Assembly: GCA_963667175.2 (NCBI GenBank)
Contig: CAXXXF010000015.1
Location: 64,001 to 128,000 of the forward strand
Direction of reading: 5' to 3'
Source: Candidatus Latescibacterota bacterium
Lineage (GTDB): Bacteria > Latescibacterota > UBA2968 > GCA-2709665
Length of the DNA stretch: 64,000 nucleotides
How positions within the stretch are numbered: the first letter of the stretch is position 1; every line of letters begins with the position of its first letter. Positions 9,915-21,280 of this stretch are shown piece after piece. The notes under the pieces were generated by a model. The model was given only the letters and a program-made list of their open reading frames with translations. It was not told where the DNA came from and did not search any database. A program made the position numbers and the translations under genes.

Positions 9915-11309
9915 ATGGCGGGATACAGAATCGAAACGGACAGCATGGGAGAGATTCAGGTTCCGGACGACCGGTATTACGGCGCCCAGACGGCCAGGGC
10001 GCTGGTTCACTTCGATATTGGCGAGGAGCGTATGCCCCGGGAGCTGATCAGGGCGTTTGGCATCCTGAAGAAAGCGGCCGCGCTGGTGAATCGGGACCTG
10101 GGGAAGCTCCCGCCGGAAAAGGCGGACCTCATTGTGCGGGCGTCCGACGAAGTCATCGAGGGTACGCTGAACAACCACTTTCCGCTGCGGATCTGGCAGA
10201 CGGGAAGCGGCACCCAGACGAATATGAACGCCAACGAGGTCATTTCCAACCGGGCAATTCAGATTGCCGGCGGACGGATGGGCAGCAAAGATCCCATCCA
10301 TCCGAACGACGATGTCAACATGGCGCAGTCGTCGAACGACACGTTTCCCGCGGCAATGCACATTGCGGCCGTCGGCGAGATTCACGGACGGCTGATTCCG
10401 ATGGTCGGACAGCTTCGGGATACACTGGCGTGCAAAGCGGACGAATTTGCGGACATTATCAAGATTGGACGCACGCATCTGATGGACGCCGTTCCACTCA
10501 CGCTCAGCCAGGAATTCTCCGGGTACGTGACCCAGTTGACGAAAGGCCTTGAGCGCGTTGAGCGATGCCTGTCGAATCTGTATGAACTCGCGCTGGGGGG
10601 CACGGCTGTTGGCACAGGGCTGAATACGCATCCGGAGTTTGCCGACCGTGCCGCCGCCCGGATTGCCGAACTGGCCGGCCATCCGTTTGTATCGGCAGGC
10701 AACAAGTTCGAGGCCCTGGCGGCCCACGACGCGATGGTGGAAACGAGCGGCGCACTGAAGACCCTGGCCTGCTCGCTGATGAAGATAGCCAACGACACCC
10801 GGTGGCTGGCTTCGGGGCCGCGCTGCGGCGTCGGCGAGTTGACGCTCCCGGCCAATGAACCGGGCAGTTCGATCATGCCGGGGAAGGTGAACCCCACGCA
10901 GTGCGAAGCGATGACGATGGTGGCGGGGCAGGTGATCGGAAACGATACGGCGATTGCGGTGGGCGGGGCTTCGGGGAATTTCGAACTGAACGTGTTCAAA
11001 CCGCTGATTGTTTACAATCTGCTGCAATCGGTCCGTTTGCTCGCCGACGCATGCGAGGCGTTCAACGATCACTGCGCGGTGGGCATTGAACCGAACCGGG
11101 AGAATATCCGGAACCACCTGGAGCGGTCGCTCATGCTCGTCACGGCGCTGAATCCTCAGATTGGATACGACAACGCGGCAAAGGTGGCCAAGAAGGCATT
11201 CGACGAGAATCTGACGCTTCGGGAATCCGCGGTGGCGCTCGATCTGATGGACGGTGAAGCGTTCGACGCCGCGGTGCGACCGGAAAGAATGACGGGGCCC
11301 GGCGCCTGA
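9915..11309 (+). CDS. fumC: Class II fumarate hydratase
   Basis: [34 protein letters not shown] signature. Confidence 0.97.
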   Translation: MAGYRIETDSMGEIQVPDDRYYGAQTARALVHFDIGEERMPRELIRAFGILKKAAALVNRDLGKLPPEKADLIVRASDEVIEGTLNNHFPLRIWQTGSGTQTNMNANEVISNRAIQIAGGRMGSKDPIHPNDDVNMAQSSNDTFPAAMHIAAVGEIHGRLIPMVGQLRDTLACKADEFADIIKIGRTHLMDAVPLTLSQEFSGYVTQLTKGLERVERCLSNLYELALGGTAVGTGLNTHPEFADRAAARIAELAGHPFVSAGNKFEALAAHDAMVETSGALKTLACSLMKIANDTRWLASGPRCGVGELTLPANEPGSSIMPGKVNPTQCEAMTMVAGQVIGNDTAIAVGGASGNFELNVFKPLIVYNLLQSVRLLADACEAFNDHCAVGIEPNRENIRNHLERSLMLVTALNPQIGYDNAAKVAKKAFDENLTLRESAVALDLMDGEAFDAAVRPERMTGPGA

Positions 11310-11417
11310 TGCTGGAGAGGGCGGGCGTCGATTCGGGTCGCCCTGCAGACAATGGTCGTCGAACCAGGAAGCGCCCGGCAGAACTCCCGCCGGGCGCTTC
11401 CTGGTTCGACAGGCGTT

Positions 11418-12740
11418 CTATTGATCGAGATATCCGGCGATTTTCCCGCACCAGTGTGCGGGCCACGCGGTCATGTTGCCGTAGGCGGGGGGCGAGCCGG
11501 GCCCGCGGGGATATCTGGAGGACATCACGCCGCCGTCGCCGCTGTCCAGGCCGAAGAGATAGCCGATGAAGTGAGCGCGTTCGTCTTCCTCGATCCGGGT
11601 GGCTTTGAAGTAAAGCGCCAGGACGTTGGACGGGACGTGGACCCCCGCGACTGCCCGGGATCTCTCTTCGGGCGAAGGCTTGTACTTGACCTCCTGAAAA
11701 ACGCCGACGTGGAAGTCACGGGGCCGTTCGGTGGCGGCGATCAATTCCTTCAGCGCGGTTGTACCCAGCACCCAGGATTCCCATCCAGTTGTCCGGGTTG
11801 TGAACCGCGCCTTTTCGGATGGAATCGTTAGCGCATCCACACCCCTGTCTTCCACGCTGTCGACGCGCGGATTTCCGCCGCACTTTTCCTGAATATTCCC
11901 CACCCACCACCGAATCGAATCCGTCCACAGGTTCCGGTTGACGTCGCTGAATCTCTGTTTCTCAGCCCGGTAGAAGCGAAACCGGATGCCGTTGGGGTCC
12001 GGCGGCGCAGGCACGTCCGCGGGAGCGCGCGCCGGCGATGGAGGCGTTGCGGGCGGGGCGTTCCTCTCCCAGGGGCCCGTGGGCAGGGTGTGATCCAGGC
12101 CCAGCGCGTAGACGGATGGAATCGCCCGTCCGGATACGCGATCTGCGCGCGTCCGAATCGAAACGACGCCGATCGCGCGACCGGATTCGTCCAGGAGCGG
12201 ACCTCCTTTGCCGCGGGCAGACACGGCGGCGTCCAGGGGATAGGTCCTGACGCCGTCGACGATCTCAGATGGATTCAACCGGCCTTCAACGAGGCTGAAC
12301 GTTCCCCCCTCGACTGCGTCGACGATGTAGGTTTTTTCGGTGTCACCCGGGTCCCGGGCGTCCAGTTCAAGCAGCGGCCTGCCGAAGACCTTGATTCGAA
12401 CCAGCGCGACGTTTCGTTTCTCGTCCTTGTCGACAACGCCCGAAACCCCGAATTCCTCGCCGGACTCGAATCTCGCGACAACCCGGACCGCGTCGTCGAC
12501 CAGATCCCACGTCGTAACCGCAATTCGGCTGTCTACGGCCAGAAAACCCAGTCCACGGTTCCGGGAACCGTCGCTTCTTTCCACGTCCAGAACGACAACT
12601 GAAGCGCGCACTTTTCCGAGGACGTTGTCCGGAGGGTTTCCTGCCGCGTGGGGGGCCGGCCAGAGAACCGAAAACGCGCCGCACCAGCAAAGCGCCTTCC
12701 GTACGGCTGCCGACGACGGGTTGACGGATGCCGGTTTCAT
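11418..12740 (-). CDS. Exported trypsin-like-domain protein with degenerate catalytic residues
   Basis: Signal-like N-terminus; GLGFL, VTTWDLV, GKGGPLLDESGRAIGV. Confidence 0.65.
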   Translation of the reverse strand: MKPASVNPSSAAVRKALCWCGAFSVLWPAPHAAGNPPDNVLGKVRASVVVLDVERSDGSRNRGLGFLAVDSRIAVTTWDLVDDAVRVVARFESGEEFGVSGVVDKDEKRNVALVRIKVFGRPLLELDARDPGDTEKTYIVDAVEGGTFSLVEGRLNPSEIVDGVRTYPLDAAVSARGKGGPLLDESGRAIGVVSIRTRADRVSGRAIPSVYALGLDHTLPTGPWERNAPPATPPSPARAPADVPAPPDPNGIRFRFYRAEKQRFSDVNRNLWTDSIRWWVGNIQEKCGGNPRVDSVEDRGVDALTIPSEKARFTTRTTGWESWVLGTTALKELIAATERPRDFHVGVFQEVKYKPSPEERSRAVAGVHVPSNVLALYFKATRIEEDERAHFIGYLFGLDSGDGGVMSSRYPRGPGSPPAYGNMTAWPAHWCGKIAGYLDQ

Positions 12741-12807
12741 AGGCGGCCTCGAACTTCGATACGTCCGGCTTCGCCGGCCCGGAAAAAGGTTCTATTCGTA
12801 CCCGGCT

Positions 12808-13164
12808 CTAAATTACCAACAGAACGTACAGCGTGACGGCCGTACCCATGAGGGCGCCGCCGTAGCAGAGGACGTCCAGCGAAAGCAGCACTCTCCGGAT
12901 GCCCATTTCGTGCAGCGAAAAGCGAATGCGGTGCGCGGCGTGAAAAAGCGGAAGGACAACGAGGGCAAAGAGGTAGACTTTCACCAGTGGATTCGCAAGC
13001 AGGGATTTCATCCGGCTGTATTCGAGCAGGCTCTCGTCGATCAGGCCGAACGGTACGGCCAGCCCGATGAAGAAGACATGGACGGGTATCAGCAGCGCGG
13101 CGACCACGCCGCCCAGCGAAAACATGCCCCACCAGAAGGGTTCGGTTCGGTCTTCCTTGTACAC
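12808..13164 (-). CDS. frdD: Fumarate reductase membrane anchor D
   Basis: EPFWWGMFSLGG, LFHAAHRI; operon position. Confidence 0.9.
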   Translation of the reverse strand: MYKEDRTEPFWWGMFSLGGVVAALLIPVHVFFIGLAVPFGLIDESLLEYSRMKSLLANPLVKVYLFALVVLPLFHAAHRIRFSLHEMGIRRVLLSLDVLCYGGALMGTAVTLYVLLVI

Positions 13165-13173
13165 GGTCTTCCC

Positions 13174-13584
13174 CTACTTTAAGTTCAGAATCAGCCAGGC
13201 GACGACGGCCGACGCGACAATCCACGAAAGATAGGCGCCCAGTCCCACGAGAAAGGGCGGTACCGTCAGGCGGCCGATGCGAACGATCTGGATCTTCGAG
13301 ACCAGACCCAGCCAGGTGATGCTGTGGTAGAGCGCGAACAGAAGCACGATGGCATAGCCCACGACAAAAGGAACGGACCGGAGCGATTCCTGAAACAAAT
13401 CGTGAACTTCCGCGCCTCTGGAGACCAGAAAGAGCTGGTACAGGTAACCCAGGACAAACAGTGCGATAAACACGCTGGTCGATTCCCGGACCATGAACAG
13501 AAAGTACCTGCGGTTATGCAACCACCAGGTGATCGGAACGCGACGCACGTAGGCCTTGTGTTCGGTATTTCGTTCGCTCATCAT
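13174..13584 (-). CDS. frdC: Fumarate reductase membrane anchor C
   Basis: YVRRVPITWW, MVREST, YHSITW. Confidence 0.88.
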   Translation of the reverse strand: MMSERNTEHKAYVRRVPITWWLHNRRYFLFMVRESTSVFIALFVLGYLYQLFLVSRGAEVHDLFQESLRSVPFVVGYAIVLLFALYHSITWLGLVSKIQIVRIGRLTVPPFLVGLGAYLSWIVASAVVAWLILNLK

Positions 13585-13585
13585 C

Positions 13586-14335
13586 TTACTTCTTCCCCCA
13601 GGGCAGAAGTACGGATTTGAACCAGCCGCCGGTCGTGGCCACCTTGTTGCGCTGGATGGCGGCCGCGGGATCCACGTCTTTGGGGCAGACCACGGAGCAC
13701 TCTCCAATGTAGGTGCACTCCCAGATACCCTCGGTGCTTGCAATGACGTGTTGACGCCGTTCCTGACCCTCGTCTCGGGAGTCCAGGTTGTACCGATGCC
13801 CCAGGGCAATGGCGGCAGGGCCGACGAACTCGGTTTCAAGTCCGTATACCGGACAGGCGGCGTAACAGAGCATGCAGTTGATGCACATGCTGAACTGTTT
13901 GTACTCCTTCAGCTCTTCGGGCGTCTGCAGGTATTCCCCTTCCGAAACCGGTTTTTCTTCCTCCCGGATGATCCAGGGCTGCACCGCCTTGAGTTTGTCC
14001 ATAAAATCGGTCATGTCGATGATCAGGTCCCGGACGATGGGGAAGTTGTTCAGGGGCTCCACCCGGACTTCGCCCGGGTAGTAGTCGCGCAGGAAAGCGG
14101 CGCAGGAGAGTTTGGGCTCGCCGTTGACCATCATGCCGCAACTGCCGCACACGCCCATCCGGCATGACCAGCGGAAGGAGAGCGATCCGTCTATGTGGTC
14201 CTTTATATGATTCAGCCCGTCCAGCACGACCCAGTCATCCTGAAAATCGATATCGTAAGATTGTTCGACGGGTTCGTCTTCCTGTTCGGGTCGATAGCGG
14301 GTTACGGTGATGGTGATGTTCTTGCCGTTGCTCAT
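13586..14335 (-). CDS. frdB: Fumarate reductase/succinate dehydrogenase Fe-S subunit
   Basis: [34 protein letters not shown]. Confidence 0.93.
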   Translation of the reverse strand: MSNGKNITITVTRYRPEQEDEPVEQSYDIDFQDDWVVLDGLNHIKDHIDGSLSFRWSCRMGVCGSCGMMVNGEPKLSCAAFLRDYYPGEVRVEPLNNFPIVRDLIIDMTDFMDKLKAVQPWIIREEEKPVSEGEYLQTPEELKEYKQFSMCINCMLCYAACPVYGLETEFVGPAAIALGHRYNLDSRDEGQERRQHVIASTEGIWECTYIGECSVVCPKDVDPAAAIQRNKVATTGGWFKSVLLPWGKK

Positions 14336-14390
14336 GGAATTCCCCTTGCGGACGTTCGGAAATCCGGGTTTCGCGCCTCACGTCCCGTCG

Positions 14391-16100
14391 TCAGTACTTA
14401 CGCTCCTCGGGTTGCCAGCGGGTAATCGTTACGGGCAGGTAATCGGTGCGCGGGCCGGCTTCCGTCTTATAGGTCAATGAGTGTTGGAGATAGGTCTCAT
14501 CGTCGCGGTTTTCGTAGTCCGAACGCGAGTGAGAACCCCTGGACTCCCTGCGCTGCAGGGCGGCGTGCGCCAGCGCTTCAGCGGCATCCAGCATGAAACC
14601 CAGTTCCAGCGCCGTCGTGAGTTCGGTGTTGAATACGCTCGAGGTATCGTCCAGGCCGACGTTCTGAAAGCGTTCCTTGAGTTGCCCCAGGACTTCGCAG
14701 GTTTCCTTCAACGCTTCTTCATCGCGAAAGATCCCCGCGCCGCGTTCCATCGCCGCCTGCATTTCGTCGCGAACGTCCGCCACGCGTTCCTTGCCGTTGC
14801 GCGGCTGCAGGTACGTCCGTTCGATGCGCATCCGCTCGTCGCTGGCGAGGTTCTCGAGCGTGCCCTGGCCGGGCGCCGCCTGTCCGCTGGCGTACTGCGC
14901 GGCGACTTTGCCGGCACGGGCGCCGAAGACGAGGCATTCCGTGAGGGAATTGGAGCCCAGCCGGTTGGCGCCGTTGAGACTCACGCATGCGGCTTCGCCG
15001 GCCGCGTAGAGGCCCGGAATCGGCGTGACGCCGTCGATATCGGTATGGACGCCGCCCATCATGTAGTGGACGACGGGGCGGACCGGGATGGGGTCCTGAA
15101 CCGGATCGATCCCAACGTAGTTCCTGGCCAGTTCCCTGACAAATGGCAGCTTTTCGTCGATGACTTTCTCGCCCAGGTGCCTCAGGTCCAGATGGACGTA
15201 GTTGCCATAGGGCCCGTCGAAAACGCGGCCCTCCCGCACCTCATACATGAAGGCCCTGGACAGGATATCACGCGGCCCCAGTTCCATTTTTCCGGGGATA
15301 TATTCGCTCAGGTAGCGCTCGCCCTTGTTGTTGACCAGATACCCGCCTTCCCCTCGCGAAGCTTCGGTCATCAGGATGCCCGTACCGGGAAGACCGGTGG
15401 GATGGTACTGGACGAACTCCATGTCTTTCAACGGACACCCGATGCGGTAGGCGAGGGCCATACCGTCGCCGTTCTTGATGGCGGCATTCGTGGTAAACGG
15501 AAAGATCTTGCCGCCGCCGCCGGTACAGATGATTACGGTTTTCGCGCCGATCGCGTGGATGGCGCCCGATCGCATGTTCAGCGCGGCCACGCCGCAGACC
15601 CTTCCGTCGTCTACGAGAAGAGACGTGACGAACCACTCGTCGTACCGGGTAACCGCGTTGTATTTCAGGGAGGTCTGAAACAGGGCGTGCAACATATGGA
15701 AGCCGGTTTTGTCCGCCGCGTAGAGCGTGCGCTTGACGCTCATGCCGCCGAAAGCCCGCACGCTGACCCGGCCGTCCTCATCCCGGCTCCAGGGACAGCC
15801 CCAGTGTTCGAGCTGAATGGATTCGTCCTGCGCTTCCTTCACAAAGGCTTCGACCACGTCCTGGTCGGCCAGGTAGTCGCTGCCTCTGATCGTGTCGAAG
15901 GAGTGGAGATCGAGATTGTCGTACTCGCGCATGACGGCGGCCGCGCCGCCCTCGGCCGAGACGGTGTGGCTGCGCATGGGGTAGACTTTGGAGACGACGG
16001 CGACGTTCAGACCGGCATCGGTTTCCGCCGCGGCGATGGCGGCGCGCAAACCCGCGGCGCCACCCCCTACAAGAAGCACGTCGTGAATCGGTATGTCCAT
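14391..16100 (-). CDS. frdA: Fumarate reductase flavoprotein subunit
   Basis: [16 protein letters not shown] (covalent FAD His), [21 protein letters not shown]. Confidence 0.93.
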   Translation of the reverse strand: MDIPIHDVLLVGGGAAGLRAAIAAAETDAGLNVAVVSKVYPMRSHTVSAEGGAAAVMREYDNLDLHSFDTIRGSDYLADQDVVEAFVKEAQDESIQLEHWGCPWSRDEDGRVSVRAFGGMSVKRTLYAADKTGFHMLHALFQTSLKYNAVTRYDEWFVTSLLVDDGRVCGVAALNMRSGAIHAIGAKTVIICTGGGGKIFPFTTNAAIKNGDGMALAYRIGCPLKDMEFVQYHPTGLPGTGILMTEASRGEGGYLVNNKGERYLSEYIPGKMELGPRDILSRAFMYEVREGRVFDGPYGNYVHLDLRHLGEKVIDEKLPFVRELARNYVGIDPVQDPIPVRPVVHYMMGGVHTDIDGVTPIPGLYAAGEAACVSLNGANRLGSNSLTECLVFGARAGKVAAQYASGQAAPGQGTLENLASDERMRIERTYLQPRNGKERVADVRDEMQAAMERGAGIFRDEEALKETCEVLGQLKERFQNVGLDDTSSVFNTELTTALELGFMLDAAEALAHAALQRRESRGSHSRSDYENRDDETYLQHSLTYKTEAGPRTDYLPVTITRWQPEERKY

Positions 16101-16306
16101 TTAGGTCCCCTGAAGGCGCGGATGAATCGCGTTCGGTTCCTTCGCAAAGAGCACTTATTATAAAGATTGACCGGAATCTCGTCAATACAAAACTGGCCGA
16201 AGCCGGAGGTCGCTCAAGCGATGGAAACGGCGCATTCGACCCCGGAAATCCGGTCGTTTCGCGTCGGATCCCTGCACAGGGAGAATCCCGTATGGGGCGC
16301 GCGTCG

Positions 16307-17413
16307 TCACTGCAGGCGGCCGCGGGCGGGAAGCGGCCAGACGGCTTCGACGACGCCGTCGCGGATTCCGTAGAGTTCGTCGTGCAGGACCACCGTCGTA
16401 TCGGAGTAACCCGCCACGAATTCAATGGTTTCGCCAACTCCCGGGGTCTCCGCGGGCGCACCCAGTTCAATCTTTCCGTGTTCGGCGGAAAGGCTTACCA
16501 GGGTAACGTCGGGGATGCCGATCGGCAACGGGACGGATGAGTCGCTGCTCATCGTCTTCTTTCCCGCGTCGCAGATGATGCGGGTGGGCGTGGGGCGGCT
16601 GGTGACGGTGGAAAGCACCGTGAGGGCGTATTCGTGCTGCACCCCGAAGACGGTTCGGTACCGGACGTCGCCGAAGATGCCGCCGCCGGCTTCGATCTCG
16701 GTGACGCCGGGATGGAAAGCGCTGATCCAGTACGTGCCTGTACCGCCGCAACTGAGAATGTCGATACGGAAACCGCTGCGGCGGCACAGGTCCGCGCTGT
16801 CCGTGAGTTTCGACAGGGACTCCGTGATGATCCGCCGTTTTTCGCCGGGGTCCTTTATGGCCAGCGTGTGCGCTTCCCACGTCATCAGGCCCGACAGTTC
16901 CAGACCCGGGCAGGCGGCGATGGTCCGCGCAAGCGATAGAACCGGGTCGCCCGGCGCAACGCCCGCGCGGTTCATTCCCACGTCGACCTCGATCAGCACC
17001 CGGACGCGCACGCCTTTCTCCACGGCGGCGAGGTCGAGCTGGCGAACGTTGCTTTCATCGTCCACGCAGACCATGACGTCGGCCTGTTTCCGAAGGTTGA
17101 CGAGGCGCGCGATTTTGCGGGGGCCCACGATCTGGTTGGCAATAAGGATATCGTTGACGCCGCCGCCGGCCATCACTTCGGCCTCGCCGAGTTTGGCGCA
17201 GGTAATGCCGATGGCGCCCGCTTCCAGCAGCCTGTGGGCGAGGGCCGGCGTCTTCATGCCCTTGGTGTGAGGCCGCCACTGGACGCCCGCTTTGTGGATG
17301 ATGGTGTCCGCCATCTTACTGGTGTTTCGTTCAAGCGTGGGCAGGTCCACCAGGAGCGCCGGCGTGTCCAGGTCGGCTTTACGGCATCCGATGAGATGTG
17401 TCTGTACGATCAT
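16307..17413 (-). CDS. DSD1/D-threonine aldolase family PLP enzyme
   Basis: LDTPALLVD, RPHTKGMK, CGGTG, DAGKK, SAEHG. Confidence 0.88.
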   Translation of the reverse strand: MIVQTHLIGCRKADLDTPALLVDLPTLERNTSKMADTIIHKAGVQWRPHTKGMKTPALAHRLLEAGAIGITCAKLGEAEVMAGGGVNDILIANQIVGPRKIARLVNLRKQADVMVCVDDESNVRQLDLAAVEKGVRVRVLIEVDVGMNRAGVAPGDPVLSLARTIAACPGLELSGLMTWEAHTLAIKDPGEKRRIITESLSKLTDSADLCRRSGFRIDILSCGGTGTYWISAFHPGVTEIEAGGGIFGDVRYRTVFGVQHEYALTVLSTVTSRPTPTRIICDAGKKTMSSDSSVPLPIGIPDVTLVSLSAEHGKIELGAPAETPGVGETIEFVAGYSDTTVVLHDELYGIRDGVVEAVWPLPARGRLQ

Positions 17414-17472
17414 GCCAAATCCTCTGTGTTTCCGTTCCTGCGTAAAGGGAGCCCGTGAAGCGGATGTTCCCG

Positions 17473-18234
17473 TTATCCGCCCCCGGAGCGGCGATGCCGC
17501 AGGATACGGTTGGCGGCGTCGATCATCGTGGCGGTCCAGATCCTGTCCCGGTTGGCGTCCAGATATCGAACGACTTCCCTCAAAGACGACGTTGAAATGG
17601 AGAGATGCTGGCCGCCGACGCCGTGCATGCAGATGACGGCCCAGAGACCGTCGCTGATGGCGTTATCGATGAACGCGACCATTTCTGCTCCGGTGTGTCC
17701 GTCTACGGGCAGGGACCACGTGCAGGCCAGGTCGATCCGTTCCGGATGATTGGCGCGTTCGCCCCAACCCCGGGCGGCCTTGAACCGGCGGGCGACGAGT
17801 GGGACATAGGATTGCCGGTTTTCGCCGGCGCCCACGTACGTCTGGTAACAGGGATAGCAGAACGTCCGGTCGCCCTGTTGTTCGGGAAACAGGCGGTTCA
17901 GGGCTTCGGTGGCTTCGTCGATGGTGCGCGCGATGTCATCCAGCCCCAGGTTTTCGAGACAATAGCCGTCGTTGCGAAATCCGAAGTTGCAGGAGCAGGG
18001 ATGCATCGAGGTGTGATTGCCGAGTTCGTGACCGCCATTACTGGCCTGCTGCCATCGGGGGATCTGCGATTCCCAGACTTCCGACCGGCCGGGGTTGACG
18101 TAGAACGTCCCCTTCAGGTTCACTTCGTCCAGACAGGGAATCGCATGGTCCAGTTGCGTTTCGAGACCGTCGTCGAATGTCAGGCTTACGGCGCCCCGGG
18201 CGCCTCCAGGCCAGAAGGTGCGTTCAGAAGACAT
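17473..18234 (-). CDS. Polysaccharide deacetylase family protein
   Basis: SLTFDDG, HELGNHTSMH, FCYP. Confidence 0.85.
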   Translation of the reverse strand: MSSERTFWPGGARGAVSLTFDDGLETQLDHAIPCLDEVNLKGTFYVNPGRSEVWESQIPRWQQASNGGHELGNHTSMHPCSCNFGFRNDGYCLENLGLDDIARTIDEATEALNRLFPEQQGDRTFCYPCYQTYVGAGENRQSYVPLVARRFKAARGWGERANHPERIDLACTWSLPVDGHTGAEMVAFIDNAISDGLWAVICMHGVGGQHLSISTSSLREVVRYLDANRDRIWTATMIDAANRILRHRRSGGG

Positions 18235-18244
18235 GGCTTTCCCC

Positions 18245-19222
18245 TTAATCCGTCGGCAGGACGCCGACGTCGTCCCCGCGCCGGTAGGCCAGAGCGTCGT
18301 CGATCATCTTTCGTATGTCGTACCGGGGATTGAACCCCAGCAGCTTACGGGCTTTGCACAGGTCGAATTCGTAGAACGTGGGGTCGCCCCGCGGGACGGC
18401 TTCGATATAGGGGACGTCCAGACGTTCCGAAAGATACGGGACGGCTTCATCCCAGGTGAAGGGCGCGGGCCCGGCGAGCCGGATGATCTCACCCGAAACG
18501 CCCTCCGCGCACATCGCCCGTTGGCAGCCCTGGACGACGTCACGCACGTCAGCGACGTGTTTTTTGTAGGGTCTGCCCTCCGGGTCCCTGAGCACCACCA
18601 GGCGCTCCGTCCCCCGCCACGAGCCCTTGAATTCGGGACGGCCTTTCAATCCGCTCAAGCGGAATTGGGGAAAGGCCAGAATCTCGCCCGCGCCGAAGAC
18701 CATGCAGAACCGAAGCACGACCACGGGCAGCCCGCACGTGAGCCAGTATCCGGTACAGAGTTCTTAGCCGATCGATTTGGACAGCGCGTACCATCCGCGG
18801 CAGCGCCGGGGTGTCCGGTCTTCCCGGATCGGTTCGGCCAATCCCCCCGGGACGTACTTTTCGTAAATGGCGTCGGCGCCCGCGAAAATGAACCGCGGCG
18901 GCGTGTCCTGCGCTCTGGCAGCTTCAAGCATGTTGAACGTGCCGCGCACGTTGATTTCGAAATAGTCCGTTTCGGAAAACGGACCGCCGCCCTGAAAGGC
19001 CGCGCCAAGATGGAAAATCGCCGTGACACCCTTCACGGCTTCCTGAACGTCTGCCGGACTCGTGAGGCTGCCGGAGACGAGCTCCACCCCGAGGCCGTTC
19101 AGCTTGTCGACGCGCGGATCCCGCGGCCAGACCAGGCCGCGTACGGAGTGCCCCCGCTCTACCAGCGCTCTGGCCAGGTTGGCGCCGATCCTGCCCGTGA
19201 TACCGGTGATGAGGATGGACAT
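18245..19222 (-). pseudogene. NAD-dependent epimerase/dehydratase with an in-frame TAA at 18764-18766
   Basis: ITGITGRIG and YALSK; the frame reads SKSIG*ELCTGY and continues in the same frame. Confidence 0.85.
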
Positions 19223-19316
19223 GGAGACCGGATGTGCTGAACAATTGGCGGCGTTACGACACACGCCGATTCGCGCCGATACCCGTTGTGCCTTTTGTGG
19301 CCGAAGACAAGGCGCG

Positions 19317-19532
19317 CCTGTCTGCGTGCCTGCCTGCGCCGAGACGTGCTCGGCAGGCAGGCGGACACGCACAGGCAGGCGACCGCGTCGAATCGGGGAT
19401 TCGGGGAGGAAGCGCCTGCCTGCGCCGCTACGCTTCCCGCGGCAGGCAGGCGCTTCGCTTGGCGCAGGCAGGCAACGCTGTAATTCGGCCGCAAGGGCCG
19501 GACACCTGTCTGCGTGCGAACGCACAGGCAGG
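19317..19532. repeat. Cluster of partly nested CCTG(C/T)CTG...CAGGCAGG palindromes
   Basis: Units at 19317-19379 (inner unit 19329-19361), 19415-19472 and 19505-19532. Confidence 0.85.
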
Positions 19533-19748
19533 CAGCCCGGATGGACTCTTTCAACGGGCTGTTAAGGCTAATTAGCGAATTCATGGCTGAAAATCAAGGG
19601 GAAATGCGAAAGGTTGATTGCGGCATATTTCGCTTGCGGAATCGGTTTTATTTTGGTATTAAACCGATTGCTGCGGCGAATACGACTGAAAGGAATTCCG
19701 GCGATTGACCTGACTGCAGGGATGGAACGCTACTGAGGAGGTTCGACG

Positions 19749-21011
19749 ATGGACAAGCTGGCCATTCTGGGTGGATCGAGGGCGGTGAAGACCGATGCGG
19801 GAGACATGTTCACCTGGCCGATCATTACCGAGGAAGACGAAGAGGCCGCGCTGGAGGTGCTGCGTCGCGGGGCCATGTCCGGAACGGACGTCACGGTGCA
19901 GTTTGAAAAGGAATACGCCGACTGGTTCGGCACGAAATACGCGCTAGCGCACAATACGGGTACGTCTTCCATTCATTCCGCGATGTTCGGTTGCGGCGTG
20001 GGTGTGGGAGATGAAATCATCTGCCAGAGCATGACGTTCTGGGCATCGGTGCTGCAGGCGATGAATCTCGGCGCGACCATCGTCTACGCGGATATCGACC
20101 CGGATACCATCACACTGGACCCGGCCGACGTGGAACGGAAGATCACGGACAGGACGAAGGCGATCGTGGCCGTCCACTATTTCGGCCATCCGACGGATAT
20201 GGATGCAATCATGGAGATCGCCAACGCCCGCGGAATCAAGGTGATTGAAGACGTCTCACACGCGCACGGCGCGGACTACAAGGGTCGATTGACGGGCGGG
20301 ATCGGCCACGTAGGCGCAATGTCCTGCATGGCCGGAAAGTCGTTGGCCATCGGCGAGGCGGGCATGCTGGTTACCGACGACAAGGAGATCTACGAACGCG
20401 CGGTTGCATTCGGCCATTACGAACGGACGGGGCAGATCGAGAATCCCGAGTTGAAGAAGTTCGCCGGCCTGCCTCTGGGAGGGTTCAAATACAGGATGCA
20501 CCAGTTGTCGTCGGCCGTAGGGCGCGTCCAGCTCAGGCATTACAGGGAACGGATGGAGGAAATCGACAGGTCGATGAACCTTTTCTGGGACCTGCTCGAA
20601 GGCGCGCCCGGGCTGCGCCCCCACAGGCCGCCCAAAGATTCAGGCAGCACGATGGGCGGCTGGTACGCCGCGCATGGGATCTACGTGCCCGAGGAACTCG
20701 GAGGGCTGACCCTGAGTTCGTTCTGCGAGGCGGTGCGGGCCGAGGGGACTTCCTGCGGGGCGGGGGCCAATCTGCTGATGCACCTGCATCCCGTACTGAA
20801 CGAGGCCGACGTCTACGGCCACGGCGAACCCACGCGGGTCGCGCATTCCGACGCCGACGTACGCCAGGGCGAGGGGAGCCTGCCGCAGACGGAGCGGATG
20901 TCGAAGCGCCTGTTTTCCATCCCGTGGTTCAAACACTATCGCCCGGAAGTCATCAGGGAACATGCGGAGGCATTCCGAAAGGTGGTGACGCAGGCCGGGG
21001 AACTTCAGTAG
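19749..21011 (+). CDS. DegT/DnrJ/EryC1/StrS aminotransferase
   Basis: IEDVSHAHG, SCMAGKSLAIGEAG (Lys retained); GAGGAGG RBS. Confidence 0.88.
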   Translation: MDKLAILGGSRAVKTDAGDMFTWPIITEEDEEAALEVLRRGAMSGTDVTVQFEKEYADWFGTKYALAHNTGTSSIHSAMFGCGVGVGDEIICQSMTFWASVLQAMNLGATIVYADIDPDTITLDPADVERKITDRTKAIVAVHYFGHPTDMDAIMEIANARGIKVIEDVSHAHGADYKGRLTGGIGHVGAMSCMAGKSLAIGEAGMLVTDDKEIYERAVAFGHYERTGQIENPELKKFAGLPLGGFKYRMHQLSSAVGRVQLRHYRERMEEIDRSMNLFWDLLEGAPGLRPHRPPKDSGSTMGGWYAAHGIYVPEELGGLTLSSFCEAVRAEGTSCGAGANLLMHLHPVLNEADVYGHGEPTRVAHSDADVRQGEGSLPQTERMSKRLFSIPWFKHYRPEVIREHAEAFRKVVTQAGELQ

Positions 21012-21280
21012 CGGCGGGTTGCGCGCAGGGATGTACGCGCCCGACACGGTACGGGATCTGCAATGGGCGGCCGACAAGACGTCGGCCGCCCTGTTGGTTT
21101 GCGGAAGCGTCCGCCGCGCGCCGGGGCCAACCGAGAATAAGACCAGCCCGAAACACCGCGGGGGATTGAATTCGACCACCACTCTTGTTATATTGCTAAT
21201 TCGGCGGCCGCGAGGATTTCGCGGTCAAAGCCCGGTAACTTTCACTGGTTCGATCGGATTCACAACAGGGAGACTCATCC

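Noticed and set aside
9339-11117. 592-aa minus-strand ORF
   Set aside because: Antisense shadow of fumC caused by high-GC codon bias
14481-16163. 560-aa plus-strand ORF
   Set aside because: Antisense shadow of frdA
18764-18766. Recoded stop (Sec/Pyl or alternative genetic code)
   Set aside because: The codon is TAA, and TAA, TAG and TGA all terminate genes normally elsewhere in the window
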